This document shows positions 47,660 to 54,337 of a stretch of 64,000 bases of DNA, in pieces. Source of the DNA: a virus; IMG/VR virus record IMGVR_UViG_3300021170_000008, positions 42,135-106,134 of that record, one strand, 5' to 3'. The notes below the pieces were generated by a model. It was not told the DNA's origin, made no database searches, and saw only the letters and a list, made by a program, of their open reading frames with translations. The stretch's first letter is position 1; every line of letters starts with the position of its first letter. The translations under genes were made by a program, and so were the position numbers.

Positions 47660-47688
47660 ATATTACTTCAATACTTGCGGCGCGTCAA
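47660..47688 (-). promoter_or_regulatory. sigma70 promoter TTGACG-N17-TAATAT
   Basis: Upstream of the Cys-Leu-Ser-Trp-Ser-Tyr-Leu tRNA sub-operon. Confidence 0.7.
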
Positions 47689-47935
47689 GCATTTTCTTTC
47701 TCGTATAGTACTCCCTAGCCGAGAAGTCCATCCCTAAGGCACGCTTAATAACTTCCTCTAGGGGGCGTAACCCTTGATAGTGGTCTCGCACCGGGAACAA
47801 TATCTCCTTCCCGTCTACGCACCACATCCACTCGGCCTGCGGCAAATCATTCTTACGGATAACGACACGCGGCTTCATTCTACTAGCCCGGCTCGTGGCC
47901 CGTCCCTTCGCAGCGTGGACAATCATACCTTCCAT
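47663..47935 (-). CDS. Hypothetical protein
   Basis: ORF; true start probably ATG 47878. Confidence 0.45.
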   Translation of the reverse strand: MEGMIVHAAKGRATSRASRMKPRVVIRKNDLPQAEWMWCVDGKEILFPVRDHYQGLRPLEEVIKRALGMDFSAREYYTRKKMLDAPQVLK

Positions 47936-48122
47936 GCACGCACGCTAGGAACCCACTACCGGCGCAGCGCTGGCAGGCGATTGTCTGGATTGTGTTTTCG
48001 ATAGGCGGATCTGGGTACTTCGGGTCGCGATGGATCTTGGGAACGATCACCCGCGTCGTCTTGACCCGGCCTACCCGCTCACGGGCTATCCATTTGATTT
48101 CCTTGGGGACGTTGCGCTTCAT
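47883..48122 (-). CDS. Small protein with CxxCxGxG zinc finger
   Basis: CQRCAGSG..CPRCEGTG. Confidence 0.55.
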   Translation of the reverse strand: MKRNVPKEIKWIARERVGRVKTTRVIVPKIHRDPKYPDPPIENTIQTIACQRCAGSGFLACVHGRYDCPRCEGTGHEPG

Positions 48123-48281
48123 TCTGAATCTCTATCGATCACCACGACCGTAACTCCCTCTTCTGACATCAGAATGAAATTACGCGCCTTCGTATCCGGA
48201 TCAAAGAACCGGTCTCGCTCCTGGGGGAATACGTGATGCAGTAGAGTTGCCCAGGCAGCATACGGCAGCCTTACGTGAATT

Positions 48282-48710
48282 TTAGCCACGCTCTTTCTCC
48301 AGCATCGCCTTGATGAACGGCTCAATACCGCCGTCGAGTACCGGTTCCAGCGGCAATTCAACGCCGGTGCGATGGTCAAGCACCGTGCCACGCTTGAAGT
48401 TGTACGTCCTGATCTTTTCGCCCTTCTCGGCGGTCTGGCGCGTTCTTTCTACCGGCACTCCAGCCATTCTTCTGGCGCATTCTATCCGGTGCCAGTCCTG
48501 GAACTCCTTTGATGCTACCAGACGCTTGAATGCAGCTTCCCGGTTCTTGGTATTGCTGCGGTGTTCACGGCCTTCGCCACGGGCTCCGGATGCTTTGTGG
48601 ATCAGACGTACGCCGCTGTTGGACGTGTCTTTACCTCCGCCTCCAGCCCCTCCTACCGAGAAGGTCTGAATCTAGAAGTCTTTCTTGGTGACACTAAAAA
48701 GCAGTTCCAT
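48282..48710 (-). pseudogene. RF-1-domain (PrfH/ArfB-like) gene with in-frame TAG at codon 13 and GGQ replaced by GGG
   Basis: MELLFSVTKKDF*IQTFSVGGAGGGGKDTSNSGVRLIH..RSNTKNREAAFKRL..IRTYNF..VLDHR. Confidence 0.75.
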
Positions 48711-48919
48711 TACGCCCTCGCCGCCATTCTCTCCGCTCTCCTGGCTGCTGCCGCAGACGACCGGATCTGCCCTACGTGAAACCCGTTACAGAACGGACAC
48801 CGATACGCCCTGAACTTGGCCTTCTTGAGCTTATGTAAGCTCTTAGCCCGTATCTGGGCGTCCTCCAGGGTGTGGTGGATCTTCTTCCTGCCGCATTGTC
48901 TTTGCTGAAGGTCTGTCAT
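48710..48919 (-). CDS. Small zinc-finger phage protein
   Basis: CGRKK..AYRCPFCNGFHVG. Confidence 0.7.
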   Translation of the reverse strand: MTDLQQRQCGRKKIHHTLEDAQIRAKSLHKLKKAKFRAYRCPFCNGFHVGQIRSSAAAARRAERMAARA

Positions 48920-48924
48920 AAATT

Positions 48925-49000
48925 TGGCTGGGAGTCTTGGGATCGAACCAAGGACCTTCTCTTTCAGAGAGAGACGCTCTGCCGACTGAGCTAACCCCCA
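48925..49000 (-). tRNA. tRNA-Gln(CTG)
   Basis: TCTCT-CTCTGAA-AGAGA; U1-A72, G73, CCA. Confidence 0.85.
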
Positions 49001-49227
49001 GTAAGACTATCTTTTTCTGTATCGAACGGCTCCATCGGTTCCGTGATCGACGTGTCTTCGCACTCTTCGTAGTTGCCTACCCGGCGCAGGTACTCCTTGC
49101 CTCCGTCCACGGAGATATTTCCGCACTTACAGGACCGGAAGTCATGTACCGACTTCGACTCGATCTCTTCCCCGCACTTCAAGCACTTGACGCTGTTGCG
49201 GATGATTTTCTCTCGCGGTATTTTCAT
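48991..49227 (-). CDS. Small zinc-binding phage protein
   Basis: KCLKCGEEIES..HDFRSCKCG..VDGG.EYLRR. Confidence 0.75.
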   Translation of the reverse strand: MKIPREKIIRNSVKCLKCGEEIESKSVHDFRSCKCGNISVDGGKEYLRRVGNYEECEDTSITEPMEPFDTEKDSLTGG

Positions 49228-49616
49228 TTGTATTTACCTACCGCCAGCCGCAATTTAGCGTTTTCCGTACGTAGGGCCAGCAGTTCGTGCCAAGTAAACT
49301 CAGCGTTCATCTTATCAGAGATGAAAGATCCTTCCAGATACGCAATCCACGCCTTGTCCGATAGCTGCTTGTTTAACTTGCGAAGTCTTTTGGATTCCTT
49401 CAGCCAGTCTGATGCCCTCTTAAAAACTCTGTCTATATAACGCTGATCAACACTCTCCTGACGGGTATGGCAAATCCCCTGAGCCGCGTGCTTCCCTTTG
49501 AATTTACAGTCAGCCTGAACACAGAAGCTCTCCCAGATCTCGCGCTGGAACACGCGGGTCTCGGTCTTGTGCTTCCCGCCGTGCTTGATGATCTTGACTG
49601 GTTTTTCTTGTTTCAT
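49224..49616 (-). CDS. Hypothetical protein
   Basis: 130-aa ORF, coupled. Confidence 0.55.
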   Translation of the reverse strand: MKQEKPVKIIKHGGKHKTETRVFQREIWESFCVQADCKFKGKHAAQGICHTRQESVDQRYIDRVFKRASDWLKESKRLRKLNKQLSDKAWIAYLEGSFISDKMNAEFTWHELLALRTENAKLRLAVGKYK

Positions 49617-49621
49617 AAATT

Positions 49622-49650
49622 TGGTAGCGCCGGAGCGACTCGAACGCTCA
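49622..49650 (-). pseudogene. Orphan tRNA 3' fragment (T-arm, acceptor strand, CCA)
   Basis: GAGCGTTCGAGTCGCTC-CGGCGCT-ACCA with no 5' half. Confidence 0.65.
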
Positions 49651-49656
49651 TAAAAT

Positions 49657-49733
49657 TGGTGGCTGGAATCGGTTTCGAACCGCCTTTCAGCGTTTTCAGC
49701 GCTGCTCTGTCACCAGACCAGATCCATCCAGCC
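49657..49733 (-). tRNA. tRNA-Phe(GAA)
   Basis: CAGCG-CTGAAAA-CGCTG; CCA; imperfect T stem. Confidence 0.75.
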
Positions 49734-50256
49734 CTTGCTTAACCAAACGAGAATATATAGCATCGACCGCCGTCAGCATATCCGCGTTAGTTATCACGTT
49801 ACCGTGCTCTATCCTATGACAGTTAGCGCACAACAATCGACACTTCTTTATCTCAGCCGCAATAGCACTCCACGATCTACTTGCCGAAGTCCCAACAGTA
49901 AAATCCTTGCCTCCGACATGATGGAAATCAAGAGCCGCTAGCGGGACCACGGAACTACACCTAGTACAGCTTCCTCCCATTATCTTAACGGCTGCCATTT
50001 TTGTAGCAGTGCGCCTGATCTTGGATATACATGCTCCGCAACGCCTTGACCTCCCACGACAGTCTTTCCCGCAGAAGCGGCATGACCCACTAATTTCTCT
50101 GCTCTTTCTGTCCTTCTTAGGGATGTGGATTCTTTTAGTATTATGAGATAGATACGGAGAGCAATCCAAGCAATACTTACGATCCCTGAACCATTTTCTC
50201 TTTCCATCAATCACCATAGTTGACGGGAAGATAGATTGACACTTACGGCACACCAT
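49696..50256 (-). CDS. HNH endonuclease ending in the tRNA-Phe anticodon loop
   Basis: MGGSCTRC..ALDFHH..KCRLLCANCHRIEH. Confidence 0.88.
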   Translation of the reverse strand: MVCRKCQSIFPSTMVIDGKRKWFRDRKYCLDCSPYLSHNTKRIHIPKKDRKSREISGSCRFCGKDCRGRSRRCGACISKIRRTATKMAAVKIMGGSCTRCSSVVPLAALDFHHVGGKDFTVGTSASRSWSAIAAEIKKCRLLCANCHRIEHGNVITNADMLTAVDAIYSRLVKQGLDGSGLVTEQR

Positions 50257-50272
50257 GCACTATTGTATCACA

Positions 50273-50719
50273 TCATGCCTTGACCCCGTTGGCTACAGCG
50301 CTATTGTCAGTAACAATTCTTTCGAAGATCTTCAGCCCATCCGTCTGAGCATTGAACTTCATGTTCTTGCTGCCTGGGCTCGTTCCTGACCAGATCAAAA
50401 TTAACCCGCCGTCGCCTTTCGCCCACTCCGACATCTGCATATTCCGAATGATTCCGGCTTGTTTCCCGAACTTTTTCCAGTCGGCCTTCATGACCTCAGG
50501 CTTCACTTTAAGTTCGTACCGAAGCCACGCTTCAGCTACCTCGTCTACGCCTTTGGCCCCGCCGACGCAGAACTTGCTGTTCACCCAGCCATCAAGCTCG
50601 TCCAGGCCCTGTCTGATGTACTCGTAGATCAACTGGCGCTCGCCGATCACGTCGGACATGCGCTTGCCTTCTTTCTCGGCCCCGATCCAGCGCGACCCGG
50701 CGATAACTATACGCCGCAT
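50273..50719 (-). CDS. SLOG-family (DUF2493/YspA-like) protein
   Basis: IVIAGSR, GGAKGVD, ADWKKFGKQAGIIRN.QM, SPGSKNM. Confidence 0.8.
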   Translation of the reverse strand: MRRIVIAGSRWIGAEKEGKRMSDVIGERQLIYEYIRQGLDELDGWVNSKFCVGGAKGVDEVAEAWLRYELKVKPEVMKADWKKFGKQAGIIRNMQMSEWAKGDGGLILIWSGTSPGSKNMKFNAQTDGLKIFERIVTDNSAVANGVKA

Positions 50720-51270
50720 AGCCTGCGCCAAAGCAAAACAGCAAGACCGGTCAGTACAAGAGCCGCAGACCCAGGCTCCGGAACATCCGTAACATAGTAC
50801 GGAAATAATCTGATCCAACCTCCGCCGTCGCATTCCGAACAAGACCCGGAAACAGATCCAGCTATCGTAAACTGCTCTCCAGAATAGAACTCATACTCGG
50901 GCATACCGTGCGGTCCAATGCCGACATTGGGTAGACTGACACTGAATCCAGACCGTCCCCATATTGCCGTGGCATCTTGCGCTGCGTATAGCTCAATCAT
51001 CCCAGGCAATCCAGAAGTCGTCACGATGTCCATCTCAATTGAGAACGACGCTGACCCCGAAGCCTCCGTACATTGATCGAAAGCATTACACCAAGACGAC
51101 AGTAAGACTGTAGCTACCGGCAGGTTCGAAAACGGATCAACTTCAGCGTAAGCGCTGGCGGTAGCGCCTGATCCTGACGCCTGCTGAGACGTGTTAAACA
51201 CAGCAGGGCCAAGTGAAACCGTATCGGCCAACAGCGGCAACGAAAGCGCCAGTAGCAGCATGGCCTTCAT
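50707..51270 (-). CDS. PEP-CTERM surface protein
   Basis: Signal peptide; VPEPGSAALVLTGLAVLLWRR. Confidence 0.88.
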   Translation of the reverse strand: MKAMLLLALSLPLLADTVSLGPAVFNTSQQASGSGATASAYAEVDPFSNLPVATVLLSSWCNAFDQCTEASGSASFSIEMDIVTTSGLPGMIELYAAQDATAIWGRSGFSVSLPNVGIGPHGMPEYEFYSGEQFTIAGSVSGSCSECDGGGWIRLFPYYVTDVPEPGSAALVLTGLAVLLWRRLCGV

Positions 51271-51276
51271 ATCTTT

Positions 51277-51305
51277 ATTATCGCTCTACGCAAAGTATCT
51301 GTCAA
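51277..51305 (-). promoter_or_regulatory. Promoter TTGACA-N17-GATAAT (leaderless PEP-CTERM gene)
   Basis: ATG 6 nt after the -10. Confidence 0.65.
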
Positions 51306-51380
51306 GACTAATCAGGCCGTCCGCCGGGCTTCCCGCTAGGTTAGGGCTGGGTAAGCAACAACGTGACGGCCTGAACTTGT

Positions 51381-51456
51381 TGGCGTCCCTGCGGAGAATT
51401 GAACTCCGATTGTCGGCTTGAGAAACCGATTTCCTTGCCGTTTAGAAGACAGGGAC
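51381..51456 (-). tRNA. tRNA-Glu(CTC)
   Basis: Loop TTCTCAA; CCA. Confidence 0.85.
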
Positions 51457-51457
51457 G

Positions 51458-51532
51458 TGGCGGGCGCGAGCAGAATCGAACTGCCGTCGAGGCATAGACA
51501 GTGCCCCATCTTGGCCACTAGAAGACGCGCCC
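51458..51532 (-). tRNA. tRNA-Asp(GTC)
   Basis: Loop CTGTCTA; CCA. Confidence 0.85.
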
Positions 51533-51538
51533 TAAACT

Positions 51539-51613
51539 TGGTGCTCGGCTCCGGACTTGAACCGGAATTGTCAGATTCGTAATCTGAAGACCTATCCATT
51601 GATCGAACCGAGC
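51539..51613 (-). tRNA. tRNA-Arg(ACG)
   Basis: Loop TTACGAA; CCA. Confidence 0.85.
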
Positions 51614-51614
51614 A

Positions 51615-51688
51615 TGGTACCGCCAGCGAGAATCGGACTCGCGTTGCAGGAGTGAAAATCCTGATTCCTACCACTAGAAGATGGCGGC
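51615..51688 (-). tRNA. tRNA-Glu(TTC)
   Basis: Loop TTTTCAC; CCA. Confidence 0.82.
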
Positions 51689-51698
51689 ATAAATCTAA

Positions 51699-51772
51699 TG
51701 AGCCCGGAGAGAATCGAACTCTCGATGTACGGATTAAAAATCCGTTGCTCGGCCAACGTGAGCGACGGGCTC
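51699..51772 (-). tRNA. tRNA-Lys(TTT), no CCA
   Basis: Loop TTTTTAA. Confidence 0.85.
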
Positions 51773-51779
51773 GCAAAAC

Positions 51780-51857
51780 TGGTGGACCGCCTCGGACTCG
51801 AACCGAGAATCGCCGGAGTAAGAATCCGGAGCTTTAATCCAATTTAGCTAACGGTCC
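51780..51857 (-). tRNA. tRNA-Lys(CTT)
   Basis: Loop TTCTTAC; CCA. Confidence 0.85.
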
Positions 51858-51863
51858 AAACTT

Positions 51864-51942
51864 TGGTGCCTCTTCTTGGATTCGAACCAAGGGCCTACCG
51901 ATTATGAGCCGGTTGCTCTGGGCCAGACTGAGCTAAAGAGGC
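51864..51942 (-). tRNA. tRNA-Met or Ile2 (CAT)
   Basis: Loop CTCATAA; CCA. Confidence 0.85.
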
Positions 51943-51946
51943 AAAA

Positions 51947-52021
51947 TGGTTGGGAGTGACAGACTCGAACTGTCGTAGTAAGATTCAAAATCTTACGTCC
52001 TAGCCGCTGAACGAACTCCCA
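51947..52021 (-). tRNA. tRNA-Gln(TTG)
   Basis: Loop TTTTGAA; U1-A72; CCA. Confidence 0.85.
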
Positions 52022-52028
52022 TCAAAAT

Positions 52029-52105
52029 TGGTGCGCCTGGGAGGAATCGAACCCCCGTAGTCTCCGGTAGAAACGGAGCGCATAAATCCGCTCTGCCACA
52101 GGCGC
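52029..52105 (-). tRNA. tRNA-Arg(TCT)
   Basis: Loop TTTCTAC; CCA. Confidence 0.85.
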
Positions 52106-52109
52106 TTAA

Positions 52110-52203
52110 TGGCCACCGACTGGGCGACTCACACCCTCGACTCTCGCCGGGGTAACTTGCGGCATACGATCCGCATGGCGACGATCCCAGCATCTAGTGG
52201 CCA
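52110..52203 (-). ncRNA. Unassigned structured RNA in the tRNA array
   Basis: Nested helices TGGCCAC/GTGGCCA, CTGGG/CCCAG, TCGCC/GGCGA, TGCGG/CCGCA; fills one tRNA slot. Confidence 0.55.
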
Positions 52204-52206
52204 ACT

Positions 52207-52280
52207 TGGTCCCTTCGGAACGAGTCGCACGTTCGTCGGTCGGTTATCAGCCGACTGCATTGCTCTTATGCTACGAAGGG
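52207..52280 (-). tRNA. tRNA-Ile(GAT)
   Basis: Loop CTGATAA; T-loop TGCGACT; CCA. Confidence 0.82.
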
Positions 52281-52285
52281 GAAAT

Positions 52286-52361
52286 TGGTACCGGTATCCA
52301 GACTCGAACTGGAATTCCTGCCTTCGGAGGACAGTGCCCTGATCCCTTGGACGATACCGGC
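52286..52361 (-). tRNA. tRNA-Arg(CCG)
   Basis: Loop CTCCGAA; CCA. Confidence 0.85.
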
Positions 52362-52367
52362 GAAACT

Positions 52368-52441
52368 TTTAGGCGTCGAGATTTGAACTCGAATTTGCCC
52401 CTTAGGAGGGGGCCGTCGTATCCGGGTTGGACCACGCCCAA
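52368..52441 (-). tRNA. tRNA-Arg(CCT), no CCA
   Basis: GCCCC-CTCCTAA-GGGGC. Confidence 0.7.
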
Positions 52442-52443
52442 CT

Positions 52444-52519
52444 TGGTACCGGGGTAGAGGATCGAACTCTACTGCAACTGTGTGTAGGACAGTGGCCCTC
52501 TCCAGAAGGCGACCCCGGC
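52444..52519 (-). tRNA. tRNA-Val(TAC)
   Basis: Loop CCTACAC (C33); CCA. Confidence 0.8.
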
Positions 52520-52526
52520 ATTGAAA

Positions 52527-52616
52527 TGGCTCACGGGGCAGGATTCGAACCTGCGGCGGGGACTGAGTCCCTCCTGATTAACAGTCAGGCTCCTGCTACC
52601 ACTCGGATACCCGTGA
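52527..52616 (-). tRNA. tRNA-Asn(GTT) with long variable arm
   Basis: Loop CTGTTAA; V arm GGGAC-TCA-GTCCC; G73, CCA. Confidence 0.8.
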
Positions 52617-52623
52617 ATAAAAT

Positions 52624-52698
52624 TGGTCGGGGTAGGTGTTCTCGACTCACCGGCCTCAGCTTCCCAAAAGCCGCGCTCTGCCTCTGAGCTATACCCCG
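52624..52698 (-). tRNA. tRNA-Pro(TGG), atypical T arm
   Basis: Loop TTTGGGA; C1-G72; CCA. Confidence 0.78.
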
Positions 52699-52702
52699 AA
52701 AT

Positions 52703-52777
52703 TGGTTGCGGAGGGGAGAATCGAACTCCCGATCCCGTGCGCCCGAGGCACGTACCATACCACTTGGCTACTCCGCA
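52703..52777 (-). tRNA. tRNA-Pro(CGG)
   Basis: Loop CTCGGGC; CCA. Confidence 0.82.
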
Positions 52778-52786
52778 AAAACTTGA

Positions 52787-52847
52787 TGCCGGGGTGCCGG
52801 ATTTTCACCGACCGCCCATGGTTGAAACCGCGTGCTCCGACCCCGGC
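52787..52847 (-). ncRNA. D-armless tRNA-like small RNA
   Basis: 8-bp GCCGGGGT/ACCCCGGC stem; T arm GTCGG-TGAAAAT-CCGGC. Confidence 0.55.
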
Positions 52848-52898
52848 GCATTGGACTGCATTCTATTGTCAAACAACTCAGCCCAACCAACTAATGAG

Positions 52899-53009
52899 CT
52901 ATGTGTACTTCTTAACCCAGCGGCACACGCCGCAGATGATGCAGCGTAACTTCTCTACGTTCTCCGTCACCTTGCCGCATCGCTTGCAGAAGATCGCTTC
53001 TTGATCCAT
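52899..53009 (-). CDS. Small zinc-ribbon peptide (36 aa)
   Basis: CKRCGK..CIICG. Confidence 0.5.
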   Translation of the reverse strand: MDQEAIFCKRCGKVTENVEKLRCIICGVCRWVKKYT

Positions 53010-53015
53010 AACTTT

Positions 53016-53091
53016 TGGGAGGCTATGTCAGGATCGAACTGACGTAAACGGTTCCACAGACCGTCCCCTGAACCACTCGGGTAATAGCCCC
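53016..53091 (-). tRNA. tRNA-His(GTG)
   Basis: G-1:C73; loop CTGTGGA; CCA. Confidence 0.88.
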
Positions 53092-53102
53092 GCATTCAAA
53101 CT

Positions 53103-53182
53103 TGGTGGAGCACTGGAGTAACGATCTCCACTGAAATTCCGCATTGCAAGTGCGGCGACCACCCCATGCAGTCCCGTGCCCC
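53103..53182 (-). tRNA. tRNA-Ala(TGC)
   Basis: G3:U70; loop CTTGCAA; T-loop ATCGTTA; CCA. Confidence 0.82.
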
Positions 53183-53187
53183 AAAAC

Positions 53188-53265
53188 TGGAGCGAGTGGA
53201 GCGATTTGAACGCTCGGCCTGTTCGTTGGCAACGAACCGCTCTAGCCAGACTGAGCTACACCCGC
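53188..53265 (-). tRNA. tRNA-Gly(GCC)
   Basis: Loop TTGCCAA; U73, CCA. Confidence 0.88.
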
Positions 53266-53658
53266 CGAATACATTCCCGGTATACGCTTAGGATTTCTCT
53301 CCCGCTGCGCCTTCAATCTCTGCCGTTGATGTTCTCTACACAATTCGCACCGGCAGCCACGCCTATACGATGCGTGCGTTCCGTGTACAGCATCCCTACG
53401 AAATTCCTCCGCCGTCTTTTTCTCATGGCACTTCCTGCACAGGACCTGACACTTCTTTAATTCCTCAGTCCTAGTACTTTCCTTCCATGACCAGATCCTG
53501 TGCGACACTTTCGTCTTTGGGTCGATGTGGTCAACTTCAAGCCTTTCCCATGACCCACACCGCCTGCACGGCCCGTTTGCGGAAAGCCATTCATTCCGAC
53601 GTTTCCGAATCCATTTGAGCCTATATTCTTTTTGCTCCACCGGATCAATGTAAGGCAT
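53242..53658 (-). CDS. HNH endonuclease ending in the tRNA-Gly D arm
   Basis: CRRCG..LEVDHIDP..KCQVLC..CH; HGT..Y..GCRCELC; promoter TTGACT-N17-TAACAT. Confidence 0.88.
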   Translation of the reverse strand: MPYIDPVEQKEYRLKWIRKRRNEWLSANGPCRRCGSWERLEVDHIDPKTKVSHRIWSWKESTRTEELKKCQVLCRKCHEKKTAEEFRRDAVHGTHASYRRGCRCELCREHQRQRLKAQRERNPKRIPGMYSAGVAQSG

Positions 53659-53701
53659 GGAGCGATGTTACAGGACAAACCCGACAGAGTCAATCTCAAA
53701 A

Positions 53702-53775
53702 TGGAGCGGATGGCGAGAATCGGACTCGCGTCTTGAGTTTGGAAGACTCAGGCCCTACCACTGGACGACATCCGC
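53702..53775 (-). tRNA. tRNA-Gly(TCC)
   Basis: Loop CTTCCAA; U73, CCA. Confidence 0.85.
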
Positions 53776-53781
53776 CCTAAC

Positions 53782-53958
53782 TTAGTCTGCTCCGCTTGCG
53801 CCGGTCGCATCCGATACCGACGCCAGCATCATCGCTTCAACAGCGTCAGCAAAATCGTCTTGCTCGTCGGGCGACAACTCGCCGTTCCGGATCATACACT
53901 GATGGCATCCTTCCCGATACCGGTAATGCGCCGCACACGGCAATCTGTTTTGTTCCAT
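53782..53958 (-). CDS. Small hypothetical protein (58 aa)
   Basis: SD GGGAG; CAAH..CHQC. Confidence 0.5.
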   Translation of the reverse strand: MEQNRLPCAAHYRYREGCHQCMIRNGELSPDEQDDFADAVEAMMLASVSDATGASGAD

Positions 53959-53984
53959 AACTAACTCCCTGGTTTTACTATAAC

Positions 53985-54059
53985 TGGAGCCCCGCCGGGA
54001 GCTTGAATCCCGCTAGCTGCCTTACCAAAGCAGTTCATCGCCATCTATGATTGCAGGGC
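53985..54059 (-). tRNA. tRNA-Thr(GGT)
   Basis: Loop TTGGTAA; CCA. Confidence 0.8.
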
Positions 54060-54065
54060 CTAAAC

Positions 54066-54140
54066 TGGAGCACCATCGCGGAGTTGAACCGCGCTGTCTG
54101 GTATACGAAGCCAGGGCATCGCCAGCAATGCTTATGGTGC
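54066..54140 (-). tRNA. tRNA-Thr(CGT)
   Basis: Loop TTCGTAT; CCA. Confidence 0.8.
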
Positions 54141-54156
54141 CTAATTCTGATTGTTC

Positions 54157-54241
54157 CCGGTGTGACGCCGCTTGGGCTTGGGAAGTTATGCCAAGCGGCT
54201 GAATTGGTCCCGGCGCGTTTCAATCGCCATGACTCTACCGG
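54157..54241 (-). ncRNA. Unassigned structured RNA in the tRNA array
   Basis: CCGGT/ACCGG closing stem; hairpins GGCG/CGCC and GCCGCTTGG/CCAAGCGGC. Confidence 0.5.
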
Positions 54242-54247
54242 CTGGAT

Positions 54248-54328
54248 TGGTTGCGGGAATCGGATTTGAACCGATATGATTCCGGCTTATGAGACCGGCG
54301 CTGGGGCCAGATTCCAGTCCATCCCGCT
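54248..54328 (-). tRNA. tRNA-Met(CAT), initiator-like 1:72 mismatch
   Basis: Loop CTCATAA; 3' TCCCGCAACCA; lacks the GGG/CCC anticodon-stem signature. Confidence 0.78.
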
Positions 54329-54337
54329 TCAAATGTT

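Noticed and set aside
48672-48674. Genome-wide amber reassignment
   Set aside because: Many genes end cleanly at TAG, long ORFs are uninterrupted, and no CTA-anticodon tRNA was found.
51330-51365. Resemblance to pistol or twister ribozyme words
   Set aside because: The required pseudoknot partners were not found; a simple hairpin explains the sequence.
52787-52847. Selenocysteine or opal suppressor tRNA
   Set aside because: No D arm or long variable arm, and no canonical 7-nt UCA loop register.
54200-54232. ATTGAAAC resembling a CRISPR repeat end
   Set aside because: Single copy, no repeat-spacer periodicity, no cas genes.
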